Assembly (NCBI RefSeq): GCF_009914755.1
Contig: NC_060947.1
Strand: one strand, 5' to 3'
Source of the DNA: the human T2T-CHM13v2.0 reference genome, Homo sapiens
DNA length: 64,000 bases
Below the pieces are notes generated by a model. That model did no database searches and was not told the DNA's origin. It saw only the letters and a list, made by a program, of their open reading frames with translations. Shown piece after piece: positions 39,716-51,810 of the stretch; positions within the stretch are counted from its first letter, which is position 1; each line of letters begins with the position of its first letter. The position numbers and the translations under genes are program-made.

Positions 39716-39972
39716 TTCCCCTGCTTCCCTTTCCCTTCCCCTTCCCCTTCCCTTCCCTAACCGTTTCTAACCTAATCTTCCTAACCTTCTCTTCCCTAAC
39801 CGTTTCTAACCTAATCTTCCTAACCTTCCCTAACTTCCCTCCCCTCCCCTCCCCTAACTTCCCTCTCCTCCCCTCCCCTCCCCTAACTTCCCTCTCCTCC
39901 CCTCCCCTCCCCTAACTTCCCTCGCCTTCTCTCCCCTTGCCTCCCATCCCTTCGCCTCCCCTCCTCTTTTTT
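39716..39972 (+). repeat. Pyrimidine-rich complex tandem repeat with 39-bp and 29-bp units and CCCTAA hexamers
   Basis: 39-bp unit x2 (39752, 39791); 29-bp unit x2.5 (39851, 39880, 39909). Confidence 0.9.
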
Positions 39973-41266
39973 CCATAACAGCTTTGTTGAGATATAATCC
40001 ACATACCATACAATCAACTTATTTAAAGTGTACGATTCAATGGTGGTTAATATTTTCATACAGCTGTGCAGCCATTGCCACAATCAATTCCAGAACTTCT
40101 TCATCATTCAAAAGGAGACCCTGAACACATTGGCAGTCACTCTCCATTTTCCCCGCTCCCCAGCCCTTGGAAGCTATTAATTTCATTTCCATCTCTTTAT
40201 AGATTTGCCTATTCTGGACATTTAATATAAATGGAATTATACACTATGTGGTCCTTTGTGATGGTCTTCTTTCACTTAGCATAATGTTTTCAAAGGTCAT
40301 GCACATTGCAGTCTGTATCAGTACTTCATTGCTTTTAATGAATTAATAATATTCCATTGTATGGGCATACCACATTTTATGGACTCTTTTATCAGTTGAT
40401 GGACATCTGGGCTTGTTTCCATTTTTTGGCTATTATGAATAATAATGCTACAAACATTTGTGTACAAGTTTTTTTCGTAAACATAGGCTTACAATTCTCT
40501 TGGGTATATCCTAGGTGTAGAATGTCTGGATTGTATGGTAACTCTATATTTAAACTTTTGAGGCATTGCCAGATTGTTTTCCAAGGTGGCTGCACCATTT
40601 TGCATTTCCAGTAGTACAGTATGAGGGTTCCAATTTCTCTACATCCTCTCCAACACTTATTATTATCTGTCTTTTTGGTAGGTGTGAAGTGGTATCTCAT
40701 TGGAGTTTTGATTTGCATTTACCTGATGTGTAATGAGGTTGAGCATCTTTTTATATGCTTATCAGTCATTGGTATATCTTTTTAGGAGAAATGTTTATTC
40801 AGATCTTTTACCCATTTAAAAATTGTATTATTTGTCTTTTATTATTGAATTATAAGATTTCTTTATATATTCCAGATACAAGTTCATTATCAGATATATG
40901 ATTTGCAAAAATTTCCTCCCATTTTATGGGTGGACTTTTCACTTTCTTGATGATATCCCTTGAAGCACAAAAATTTTTAGTTCTGATAAAGTCCAGTTTA
41001 TCTATTTTTTCTTTTGTTTCTTGTGATTTTGTTGTCACAACTAAGAACCCATTGCTAAATCCAAGGTTATGAAGATTTGCCCCTAGATTTTCTTCTAAGA
41101 GTTCTATAATATTACCTCTTACATTTAGGTCTTTGATCCATTTTCAGTTAATTCTTATATGTAGTGTGAGGTAGAGGTCCAACTATTCTTTTGCATGTGC
41201 ATATTCAGTCATCTCCGAACCACTTGTTGAAGACTCTTCTTTCTCCATTGAATTGTCTTGGTATTC
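39965..41266 (-). mobile_element. L1MB (7/8-like) 3' 1.3 kb, including the ORF2 C-terminus
   Basis: ORFs MQIKTPMRYHFTP...CWRGCREIGTL and KIDKLDFIRTKNFCAS are ORF2p; 3' UTR 'cagctttgttgagatataat'. Confidence 0.9.
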
Positions 41267-41849
41267 TTCTTAATCCCCTGCATCTTGATTATGCCTTAGG
41301 GTCCTGGGAACTTGTGAACACCCTATGCAAAGTGATTCCCCAGGATCCTGTTAAGAGTCTAAGTCATTAAGTGATGGGGAGGGGGTTTGCTCCCAGCAGT
41401 ATTGAGAGAAGACCCTTCCTGGTGTGATTACCCGGGATGGGTTAGAATGCAGCTTTTTGGGGTTCATCATTTATTGATAACCTGATGTTACTAGCATCTG
41501 GACTACCCCCAATGTGCCCCAGTACAGATAGTGCACTCATTGAATTAATAAGTGACTGTCTTCAGTATTTCCCAGTGGTCATCTTAGACTGCTCCCTTAT
41601 CTCACCACCTGCATCTAATTAGTGACTAATTCAGGTGATTCTGTATACTAAATCTTTTTAAATTCCATTTTGCCTCTCTATCATAGCCACTATTTTGGTT
41701 TAGACATTCATAATTTATCCCTGAATTACTACAATCCTTTTAATATATCTTTCTATAAGAATTCTCTCCTCCATCCAATCCATTCTTCACACTTCAGCAA
41801 GAGCTTGCTTTCTATAATTCATACATTTAGTAATAAAATTATATCAAAA

Positions 41850-41990
41850 TAGCTGTTATTTATTAGTTGCTTACTAGGTGCTAAGCCTTAATGCTAAGAA
41901 CATTATGTACATTTTCTTGTATAATCCTCACTTCAACTCTTTGAGTTAGGTATTATCATTCCCATTTTACAGATAAGGAAACTGAAATAG
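41850..41990 (-). mobile_element. MIR SINE
   Basis: 'attcccattttacagataaggaaactga'. Confidence 0.7.
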
Positions 41991-42349
41991 CCCTACCTCT
42001 TTGATCACAATCAATCAGATACGCTGTATTCAGGACTAATTTTAAGAGCTAAGCTAAAAAAGAAGGAAACTGAAGGAGTAATAGTAAAGTGTAAAGAGTA
42101 AAGTGGTGACTGCTTTAAGTACATTTTCACAGAACTCATTTGAATAACTCTCTAAATTGGGCTTGAGACTAAGTGACCTCAGTGATTGGCTCAATGGTCT
42201 TCGTGGAGATAAGATTAGTTGTGAAAGTGACAGTGGAATCACCAGCCTCTGGGCTCCCCTCTAGGAGAGGCAAGCAGGAATGAAAGCCAGAACATTGGCA
42301 CTACATAGGCCCTTGGTCAGCTCATCCCTGGCTCCAACAACCTCTAAAG

Positions 42350-42495
42350 CAGGAGGATCTTGTTAAAAATGCATATTCCTGGGCCTCACTCTAAATCTGT
42401 TGAACCTAGAGTTCCTGGGAGATGGGGACTAGGAATCTGCAATTTAACAAGCTGCTCAGATAATTATTTCCCCCATCAAAGTTTGAGAACTATGG
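42350..42495 (+). mobile_element. MER5A, partial
   Basis: 'cttgttaaaaatgcatattcctgggcc...ggaatctgcaatttaacaagc...aaagtttgagaac'. Confidence 0.6.
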
Positions 42496-43175
42496 CTCCA
42501 GAGTCTCTACAACCCTTACAGGATCAGTAGAACAGGTAGAAGCAGAAACTGACAGTCACAGGGCCAATGCCACTGCTTGTTATTAGGATGTCACCTTCTC
42601 CCACCCCCATCCCTGTGTGCCAAACCTCATTGTATCATGCCAAAATTGGGCTTATAACTTAAATACGTAATCCCATTTGGCAAAGTGTTAACTATGTAAC
42701 TGGAATTTTAATGTCTGTGTAATTGTTTTGTCTCTCATGAACTCATCTTCTAAATTCATTTCTCCTTACAAAATGGAAATATTTGATGTTTCTAAACTCT
42801 TCAAAAGATGATGCTGAAGATTAAAAGTTGACATTTCGTACAATCCTTTCGTTGCAAGACATTTTCTTCTTCCTTTCTTTATTTACCTTTCATAGCCCTC
42901 TTGCACACATTTTCTTCTTGATCGTTGATCATTGAAAAATAAAAGCATCAATGAACCAATCTATCTGAGCAGAGTAATGTCCCCTATGGTGTGCACCGAG
43001 GCTGGAATGCAGGATTGTGGCACCTGGCACATTGTAGGCACAAAAACTGTAAAGTATTCCAGCCTCCTTCATACCCAAGTGAGCACAGTGATTCTTCATG
43101 AAATAGGTTCAGGGTCCTGGTTTCATAGATCCATGTGAGGATCTATGCATACAAGGATAAAAAGATAGCAATATC

Positions 43176-43478
43176 TTTTTTTGCTTGTTTTTGAGACAGT
43201 ATCTCGCTGTGTTGCCCAGGCTGGAGTACAGTGGCATAATCTCAGCTCACTGCAACCTCTGCTTCCTAGGCTTAACTCAAGTGATTGTCCCCCTTCAGCC
43301 TCCCCAGTAGCTGTTACTACAGGCACATGCCATCATGCCCGGCTAATTTTTATACTTTTTGCAGAGACAGGGTTTCGCCACGTTGCTCAGGTTGGTCTCA
43401 AACTCTTGGGCCCAAGCGGGCCTCCAGCCTTGGCCTCTGAAATGCAGGGATTACAGGCATGAGCTACTGTGCCTGGCC
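43176..43478 (-). mobile_element. AluJ
   Basis: J-type features (gagacag, ttgggcccaagc); TSD tagcaatatctttt at 43166 and 43479. Confidence 0.93.
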
Positions 43479-44862
43479 TAGCAATATCTTTTGCTGGTTG
43501 GCCTGGCATGTACCTGTGTGTATGCTAGGGAATGGGTCTGCCTCAGTATGGGCAGAGAAGTTTTATTCTCTTCTTCCAGGAGCAAGCCACAGTTTATCAC
43601 CCTGTCTTTAACAAATGGAGTTAAAAAATGGAAGCAATCCCAGTTTTATAAGTGACAGAGAGGATTTTTTTTCCCACCAAGATTAAAAGTGTGCAGAGGG
43701 CAACAAGCAGCTGAGGAAACTGCTACAGCTTAGGATCATAATCTTAGAGCCAAAAGATGGTGGTTCAAGGTAAGGGAAAACTGGAGGCAGAAAACCAAGG
43801 TGGGGGTGAGGGTGGGGAGTGCACTACAGTTGGGAAACTGTAGGAAGTGGAGGTATTTACAGGACGGGGTTTGTGGGGATCTGTTTCCTTAGACAACTTG
43901 CAGATTTAATGTTTATGATATTACTGTCTGTTAATTAAATCTCTCTCTCTAACTTTGAGCTGAAGAGGCATTTTCTAGGAGCTGGGTACCTGCCTGAAAA
44001 AAAGTGAAGCATAAGCTAGACTCCCTCTTCCACAAAAATAACCCAGACCTTTGGTGCCAGAGGATTGTTGAAGCCAAGGTTACCCTGGTAAACAGTCTCA
44101 GCCCTTGAGTTCTGAATTTTAATTCTTTTCTTAAACCAGATGCACTATTTCTAAAAGTCATTCCCAGCTTTACTATTTGACCTAAATCAATCTTTTGGTT
44201 TTTGGGGATCTCGGCCATTCTCTTCATCCATATGACAGACTCATGGCTCATTTTGAAGAGATTCAGACTGGATGAATAATTGCCTTGAAAAAAACCAGAA
44301 GTGGTGACTCATCATTCTAAAAATCCATACTGCTTGGCATTTACAGCACTCCTACTCTGTATCATAGGAGATGAAAAAAGAATTTGCTGTTCATGCCCTC
44401 TGAAGAATGAGTCTTCTTCCTATCTCTGGGAAAGTAGATGCATTATCAATGGAGCAGGTCATTTCAGAGAAAAGCTCTAGTCCTCTCAAGGACATTGGGA
44501 GCAGGAAGTGTTAATACATGGTACTACAGGCTTGAGGCCTTGAGCATCTCAAGACCTGCATTTGTGCCTTTGTGTATACGATGTTACGGACCCAGCAATG
44601 TCTCTGGAGGCAGTGCCATGATTCAGATCCACATCTTTTGCCTTCTGCTCCTTAACACTGGCCTGACTTCAGAATCTTCTCAGAAACTAGAGGGATTAGC
44701 AGAATTTTAAAAATCAAGAGAATAAAAATAGAGGTTAGAACCTGGAGTTCGCTGGGGAAACATTGCCCTAGCCAGAAGGGTCATAAGGGCTTCTCCATAC
44801 CTCAGCTGTGGTAGAGAAAGGTCAGTAGGGAAGAAGAAAATAGATGGACCTCAAATGGCATT

Positions 44863-45319
44863 TGTGGCAGAAACTGACTAGCCCATTTCAAAAAACCCTT
44901 TTCTTTGCACCTGACTAGACTACATTTATTAGCCTCCTTTGCAGTTAGGTGATGTCACATGACTGAGTTCTGGCCAATGGAAAAAAAAATGTGGATAGAA
45001 AAGCCACATATGCCACTTCCAGGCTTGGCCCCTTTGAAATCTCCTATGCAAGCAGTTCCTCTTACTCTTTTTCTCTCTCCATTTCATCCCTCCCTGCCAT
45101 CTGCTGACTGAATCCATGCTCAGAGTAATCTTGGAAGCCACATATTGAAGATTTTAGAGCTTCTTCAGCCTGTGGTCCTGAATAACTGTGGGAACAGAGC
45201 CCCCAGCCCCAACTCCCTGTACCAACTGTACTTTTTATGATTGAGAAATAAACTACTTCGTTAAGCCAAGGTTATGGGGTTTATGTATTATAATAGCTTC
45301 CTTTACCTTCACTAATACA
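44863..45319 (+). mobile_element. MLT1J solo LTR
   Basis: tgtggcaga...ctagactacatt...tgactgagttctggccaatgga...ctaataca. Confidence 0.75.
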
Positions 45320-45338
45320 AGACGTAACATCATACAAG

Positions 45339-45679
45339 TGCTACAGTCTGAATGCTTATGTCTTCCCCAAATGTATATGTTGAAACCTAATCACCAATGT
45401 TATGGTATTAGGAGGTGGAGCCTTTGGAAGGTGATTAGATCATGAGGGTAGAGACCTCATAAAAAAGGCCCTAGAAAGCCTTGGCCCTTCCATCGTGTGA
45501 GGACACAGCAAGAAGACACCTTCTATGAACTAGGAAACAGGCATTCACCAGACACTGAATCTGCCAGTGCCTTGCTCTTGGACTTTCCAGCCTCCAGAAC
45601 TCTGAGAAATAAATTTCTGTTCTTTAAAAGCCACCCAGTCTATGGCAATTTGTTATGGCAGCCCAAATGGACTAAGACA
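45339..45679 (+). mobile_element. MLT1A0 solo LTR
   Basis: 'tatgttgaaacctaatcaccaatg', 'accagacactgaatctgcc', 'cagcctccagaact', ends gactaagaca. Confidence 0.85.
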
Positions 45680-46176
45680 ACATAAACACTTTTGTATTGT
45701 TGTTGAAATTATTGTTTGCACCTACTTAAACCTGTTTACATGTTTTTTAATATAGTTTTCTACTGTGATGACATAGTTCTAGATATGTATGACTCCCCAG
45801 GAGTAAGGGATTTCAGACCCAGGCTACATCCAAAGCCTTAGCACCTGGAGGATGGGCACATTTCTTTGAATATAGTCACATGCCACAAAGAAAGAAGATA
45901 GGAGGTCACCTCATTTCTCCTGATTACAGAGATGCAGGAAGAAAGGGTGGTAACCCCTTGAAATTTTTAAAAAGATTATTCCCAACTGAAACAGCCTATA
46001 TTTAGAAAGTTTGAAAAGTATATATTTTAAATGAGGGTTTGAAAAAACTGACATAATTAGGAACATATGATTCTGACAGATTCTCCTCAAAAATTAAGCT
46101 GATATTCAGTATTGAGGTTTTGTATTGAATTTCCAGAGACTTGTGGGTATACAGTATGTTTCTCTCTCTCTCTCTC

Positions 46177-46470
<294 letters not shown>

Positions 46471-47096
46471 ATGTTTCTCTCTTTCATGCCGTCAATTAGA
46501 AGCTGGGCTCTGCTGGTCCAAATTGTCAAAATCACACTCATTTGTCTATCTTGCTTCAAGGTGCCTGCATATCAAAGCCAGACCATAAGAACTACCTCAG
46601 AAGCTACCCAAGGCAGCCTGTTTGGGACTTCTTCAGGCCACCTAGAATGGTCTATCCATTCACATCACTTTTCCTGGTTTCTCGGCCACTTTTTAATTTA
46701 GTTTCTCAATTCTCCTTTCTGCCTAGCTTTCTTGGGTCAGTCATCTAATAGTGTACTTGCCTGGCCTCTGGAGTGAGCCTAAAACAAAGTTCAATTGTCA
46801 ACCAATGTCCAATTGTCAAAGCCAGAACATGGGGTGGGCCAGTGGCGATATTTCCATGTGGTCATAGCAGGACATGTGGCAGCAGTGCTGGTTAAAATGA
46901 ACTAGAAGACCACAGTCAGGTTGTGATACTCCAGGCATATCTCAGTGTAAAGAGCACTAGTCATTTACAGAGATGCCCAAGCCCCAACTCTGGCCATTAA
47001 CTTTATCCAACAGCTATCACCAGCCTTTTAGCAATGCTATTACAGGGGAGTAGAGCCGCTACTTTAGTTTCTGGTGTTATACCTTTCAGTCCTCAC

Positions 47097-48287
47097 TGTA
47101 ACAGATGCTATCAGTACCCTGCCCATATCTCCTTGGCATTACTGCTATTTACTGTGACCACATGTGATTCTCTGCCCGAGGATGTTTTTCATGGTTGCAA
47201 AGAAAACTTAGTCTGAAGCACTGAAGAGTAAATGCCTCCAGAAGTAGCCCTTAGCCAAGAACCAACGGGAAGTTGGTGCATAAGTATCCTAGCTTCCTCA
47301 ACCCTCAGGTGGAATAACTTGGAGGTAAGTCTACATAGTTTCCTAGAGTAGGATTGAGCTCCAGTTGCCCATACTGATAATTGTCTTGCTAACATGCGGT
47401 TTGTTTTTTTTTATACTTTAAGTTCTAGGGTACATGTGCACAACGTGCAGGTTTGTTACATATGTATACATGTGCCATGTTGGTGTGCTGCACCCATTAA
47501 CTCGTCATTTACATTAGGTATATCTCCTAATGCTATCCCTCCCCCTTCCCCCCACCCCACAACAGGCCCCGGTGTGTGATGTTCCCCATCCTGTCTCCAA
47601 GTGTTCTCATTGTTCAATTCCCACCTATGAGTGAGAACATGCGGTGTTTGGTTTTCTGTCCTTGCGATAGTTTGCTGAGAATGATGGTTTCCAGCTTCAT
47701 CCATGTCCCTAGACCTAAAACCATAAAAACCCTAGAAGAAAACCTAGGCAATACCATTCAGGACATAGGCATGGGCAAGGACTTCATGACTAAAACACCA
47801 AAAGCAATGGCAACAAAAGCCAAAATTGACAAATGGGATCTAATTAAACTAAAGAGCTTCTGCACAGCAAAAGAAAATACCATCAGAGTGAACAGGCAAC
47901 CTACAGAATGGGAGAAAATTTTTACAATCTACCCATCTGACAAAGGGCTAATATCCAGAATCTACAAAGAACTTAAATTTACAAGAAAAAATCAAACAAC
48001 CCCATCAAAAAGTAGGCGAAGGATATGAACAGACACTTCTCAAAAGAAGACATTTATGCAGTTAACAGACACATGAAAAAAAGCTCATCATCACTGGCCA
48101 TCAGAGAAATGCAAATCAAAACCACAATGAGATACCAGCTAACATGCTGTTAATTGGCTTTCTTCCCTTCTCTATCTCAGTTCCCCAACTCCCCTACTGA
48201 TGCTTCTTGGGATCATCTTCCAAATAAACCACTTGCATCCAAATCCTTGTCTCAGGCTTTGCTTACAGAGGTACTCAAACTAAGAAA
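47097..48287 (+). mobile_element. LTR16C-like solo LTR, interrupted by L1PA
   Basis: Starts tgtaacagatgct...cctgcccatatc; resumes at 48152 with 'cttgggatcatcttccaaataaaccacttgcatccaaatccttgtctcagg'. Confidence 0.65.
47402..48137 (-). mobile_element. L1PA4/5-like insertion with 5' inversion (minus 47402-47711, plus 47710-48137)
   Basis: 3' UTR and polyT on minus, then sense ORF2 ([26 protein letters not shown]); TSD gctaacatgc(g/t)gtt at 47388 and 48138. Confidence 0.93.
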
Positions 48288-48436
48288 CCTATTCTCTTCT
48301 GATTGTAAAATGAAGCAGAGAAATGACCCCTAAAAAGTTAGCAAAAGAAGGAGGAAGCAATGGCAGAGTTCTAAATATTCCTCAGAACAAAAAAAAAAAT
48401 GGAGCCCCTTGATAGGGACTATTTGTTAGTCTAGAT

Positions 48437-48650
48437 TTGTGCTGTCCAGTATGGTAGCCACTAGCCACAATGTGGCCATTGAGCACTTCAAATGTGGCTA
48501 GAACACATGAGGAAATAGATTTTTAATTTTATTTAATTTTAATTGGTTTAATTTTAAATAGCCATGTGTGGCTAGTGGCTACTGTATTGAACAACACAGA
48601 ATATGGAACATGTCCATCATTGCAGAAATAATTTCTATTGGACAGCACTG
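48437..48650. mobile_element. MER3 hAT-Charlie MITE
   Basis: Internal inverted repeats gtagccactagccaca / tgtggctagtggctac; terminal 'ttctattggacagcactg'. Confidence 0.85.
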
Positions 48651-48654
48651 GAAG

Positions 48655-48969
48655 AAGGGGAGGAAAATTTCTTCAACAAAGGGCCAGATAGTAAATATTT
48701 TAGGCTTTGTGGGCCATATGATCTCTATTGCAATGACTCAACTCCGCTGTTGTAGTGTGAAAGTAGCCATAGATAGTAGGTAGGTAAATGAATGAGTATG
48801 GCTATGTCCCAATGAAAGTACATGGACACTGAAATTTTAATTCATATAATTTTGATATGTCACCAAATGTCTTTTGTTTTTTAAATCCATCCAATTGAAA
48901 ATGTACAGCCATTCTTAGCTCATGAGACTGTACAAAGACAAGTGGTGGGCCATTGTTTGCTGACCCCTG
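48655..48969 (-). mobile_element. MER58B MITE
   Basis: 'aaagggccagatagtaaatattttaggctttgtgggcca'...'gtttgctgacccctg'. Confidence 0.85.
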
Positions 48970-49138
48970 TTCTAGACTAACATCATCATGAATCATTACT
49001 AAGGGGATCATTATTAAGATGCCCTAGTGATCCAATGCAGATTGTGACACCAGTGACCAAAGTAGCAAGTGAGCTGTTTATTCAAAAGGAAATCAACTTT
49101 TGGAGACAGAAAGCTTTGTTTAGAGTGTGGATTACTCA

Positions 49139-49362
49139 TTTTTTGTTTGTTTTTTAGATGGGGTCTTGTTCTGTCGCCCAGGCTGGAGTGTAGTGGCTCG
49201 ACTGGCTCACTGCAACCTTCGTCTCCTGAGCTCAAGTGATCCTCCTACCTCAGCCTCTTGAGTAGCTGGGACTACAGGTAGGTGCCACCATGCCTGGCTA
49301 TTTTTTTTTTTTTTTTTTTTTTGTGGTAGAGACGGGGTTTTGACATGTTGCCCAGGCTGATC
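49139..49362 (-). mobile_element. 5'-truncated AluJ
   Basis: Stops at caggctgatc; perfect 16-bp TSD agagtgtggattactc at 49122 and 49363. Confidence 0.93.
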
Positions 49363-50479
49363 AGAGTGTGGATTACTCTTAACCAAAGTTGGCAAGGGGA
49401 AATTTTTCTCTGATGTTTACAATGTTCCTTCCATGGCGGTCACTGAGAATCGTTAGGGCTGCTCTTGAGAAAATCATCGAAGCCTAGAATGTTCTGTTAT
49501 CCCTACCCTGATCCATTTGGCACCTCACAACAGCATTCTCCTCGCATAGAGAAACCCAGGAGTGTCCTCTAACTTCTGGATTCCTATTTGTTTGCCCTGC
49601 CTGCTACATTTTTTTCTCCATCTCCTTCCCTTGCCACAAAGATCAATACTTAGGCCTGGCAGAGATTCACTCAAAGCTTTCAAATGGCTCCTAGCATGCT
49701 AAAAGGTTGGTTTTCAAAAAACACAGTGTTCTCAGAACATGAGGCCATCAAAATAGCTAATTTAATTTTGGGACACCAGGAATTAAAGAAGTGTTATCTA
49801 TGTGACACAGAGAATTCTTTATTTTTGAGATCTGTTTCAGAGCCAGCTCAAAGCAAAATGGGGAGGGGCTGGAAGTAGGGCTGGGAATGTTTCCAGTTGG
49901 ACAATTCAACATGACAGATCTCTACTGCAACTCAACAGAGAATTGGCCACATCAAGCTAAAGGATCAAAAATGAGGTACCTGGCAGGGATCAATAAAGCA
50001 GTAGGGGAGAGTCATTTCTGGAAAAGACTGAGCTATCAGCTCAGTTAGTTCTCAAGGGCTCCCCAAAGAAATGATGGGCACTGACGTTTTGTCAGCTTTG
50101 CCAACAGAACCCAGAGAACCAGCTGGTGTCTCTGATGCAAGCTCTTGCAGCAGTCAAAGGTCTTGAGGCAGTGGAGAAGCAGGCTTTTTTCCTTCCCTTT
50201 AAAAAAATGATGCATGGTGTTTCAGCAAAAAAAAATTGTAAAGGTAATATCCTCTTCAGCTGGGGTTTAAAACAGCCACTGAAAGCTCTTTGTAATCAAT
50301 AATATAGATCTCATTATGGGCCCTACATTAAAGAGGTAGGAGCTATGTTAACTTCACAACTTCCTTGTGGGAAGAACAAGCAGAGATTGACCATGTGTGT
50401 TTTTATGTTTCTCAAACCAAATGCACATACTACAACAGAAGCAGCGCATTGCACCTGTGCTTTACCCTTTATTATGTTA

Positions 50480-50650
50480 TCATTTGATTCTCACAACAAC
50501 ACCATGCTTATTTCTCTTAGAGGTAGGAAACAGAGCCTCGATGAGGTCGATTTGGCCAAGTCTCTCAATGAATGAATGAGGGAGTCAGGCTGCCATCCAA
50601 GTCTTGTATCTAATTCCAAAGCCAGTGCCTTGTTTTCTCTTTCATGCCGG
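50480..50650 (-). mobile_element. MIR fragment
   Basis: 'ttctcacaacaac...ggaaacagagcct...ttggccaag'. Confidence 0.55.
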
Positions 50651-51140
50651 CTGAGAGATTTTGTTGAGGGCAACAGTGAAGGCAGGGCCTAACTTAGGCG
50701 CAGGTGCTGGTGAAATGACACAGGCTTGCCTAGAGAGCCTGGCCTGGATGCTCCTCAGCTAAGCCCTCAGAGGGTTACAACGAATTCCATAAACAACTGA
50801 AAAAAAGTTTTTGAAGCCCATAGCAAGGCCAGATGTCCAGAGTGACCACTCTGTTCATTGCCGGCCAACTAGTTTAACCTCATAAATGTGTAACAAGAAT
50901 CCCTATTCCCAGGCTAACTGCAGGTTTTCCCTCCCGCTGTCCCCGTCTCTTATAAATACCGTTTTGGCTTTGACTCAGTCCATCAACTGATTCCATCACA
51001 CGCAAAGAAACAATTTGCATAAAAATTAAATATCTTTGAGTTGTTCTTCAACATAGCTAAACCACGTTGGGGCACCAGGATTATACACACTCTAAAATTA
51101 GGTACTGTTTAAATTTTTTTTCCCATTGAGCATGTGTTCC

Positions 51141-51680
51141 TTTTTTTAATTTTTTATTTATTTTTATTTTTATTATTATTATTATACTTTAGGTTTTAGG
51201 GTACATGTGCACAATGTGCAGGTTAGTTACATATGTATACATGTGCCATGCTGGTGTACTGCACCCATTAACTCGTCATTTAGCATTAGGTGTATCTCCT
51301 AATGCTATCCCTCCCCCCTCCCCCTCCCCCCACCCCACAACAGTCCCCAGAGTGTGATGTTCCCCTTCCTGTGTCCATGCGTTCTCATTGTTCAATTCCC
51401 AGCTATGAGTGAGAACATGCGGTGTTTGGTTTTTTGTTCTTGCAATAGTTTACTGAGAATGATGATTTCCAATTTCATCCATGTCCCTACAAAGGACATG
51501 AACTCATCATTTTTTATGGCTGCATAGTATTCCATGGTGTATATGTGCCACATTTTCTTAATCCAGTCTATCGTTGTTGGACATTTGGGTTGGTTCCAAG
51601 TCTTTGCTATTGTGAATAGTGCCGCAATAAACATATGTGTGCATATGTCTTCATAGCAGCATGATTTATAGTGGTATATA
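51141..51680 (-). mobile_element. L1PA2/3, 5'-truncated
   Basis: ORF 51392-51634 is the ORF2p C-terminus (FIAALFTIAKTWNQPKCP); GAG rather than ACA at the Ta diagnostic site; TSD tcctttttt. Confidence 0.93.
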
Positions 51681-51684
51681 TCCT

Positions 51685-51810
51685 TTTTTTTAAATGAAAC
51701 TTTTATTTTGAGGTAATTGTAGACTCACTCACATACAGTTGTAAGAAATAATAAAGAGCTCCCTTGTGCCCTTTACCTAGTTTTCCCTGATGGTACCATC
51801 CTGCAAATGT
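51685..51810 (-). mobile_element. L1MC/MD 3' terminal fragment
   Basis: 'tttgaggtaattgtagactcac...gttgtaagaaataat...ccctttacc'. Confidence 0.65.

Noticed and set aside
39752-39915. CRISPR-like array or interstitial telomere
   Set aside because: No unique spacers, a eukaryotic context, and the CCCTAA hexamers are not tandem.
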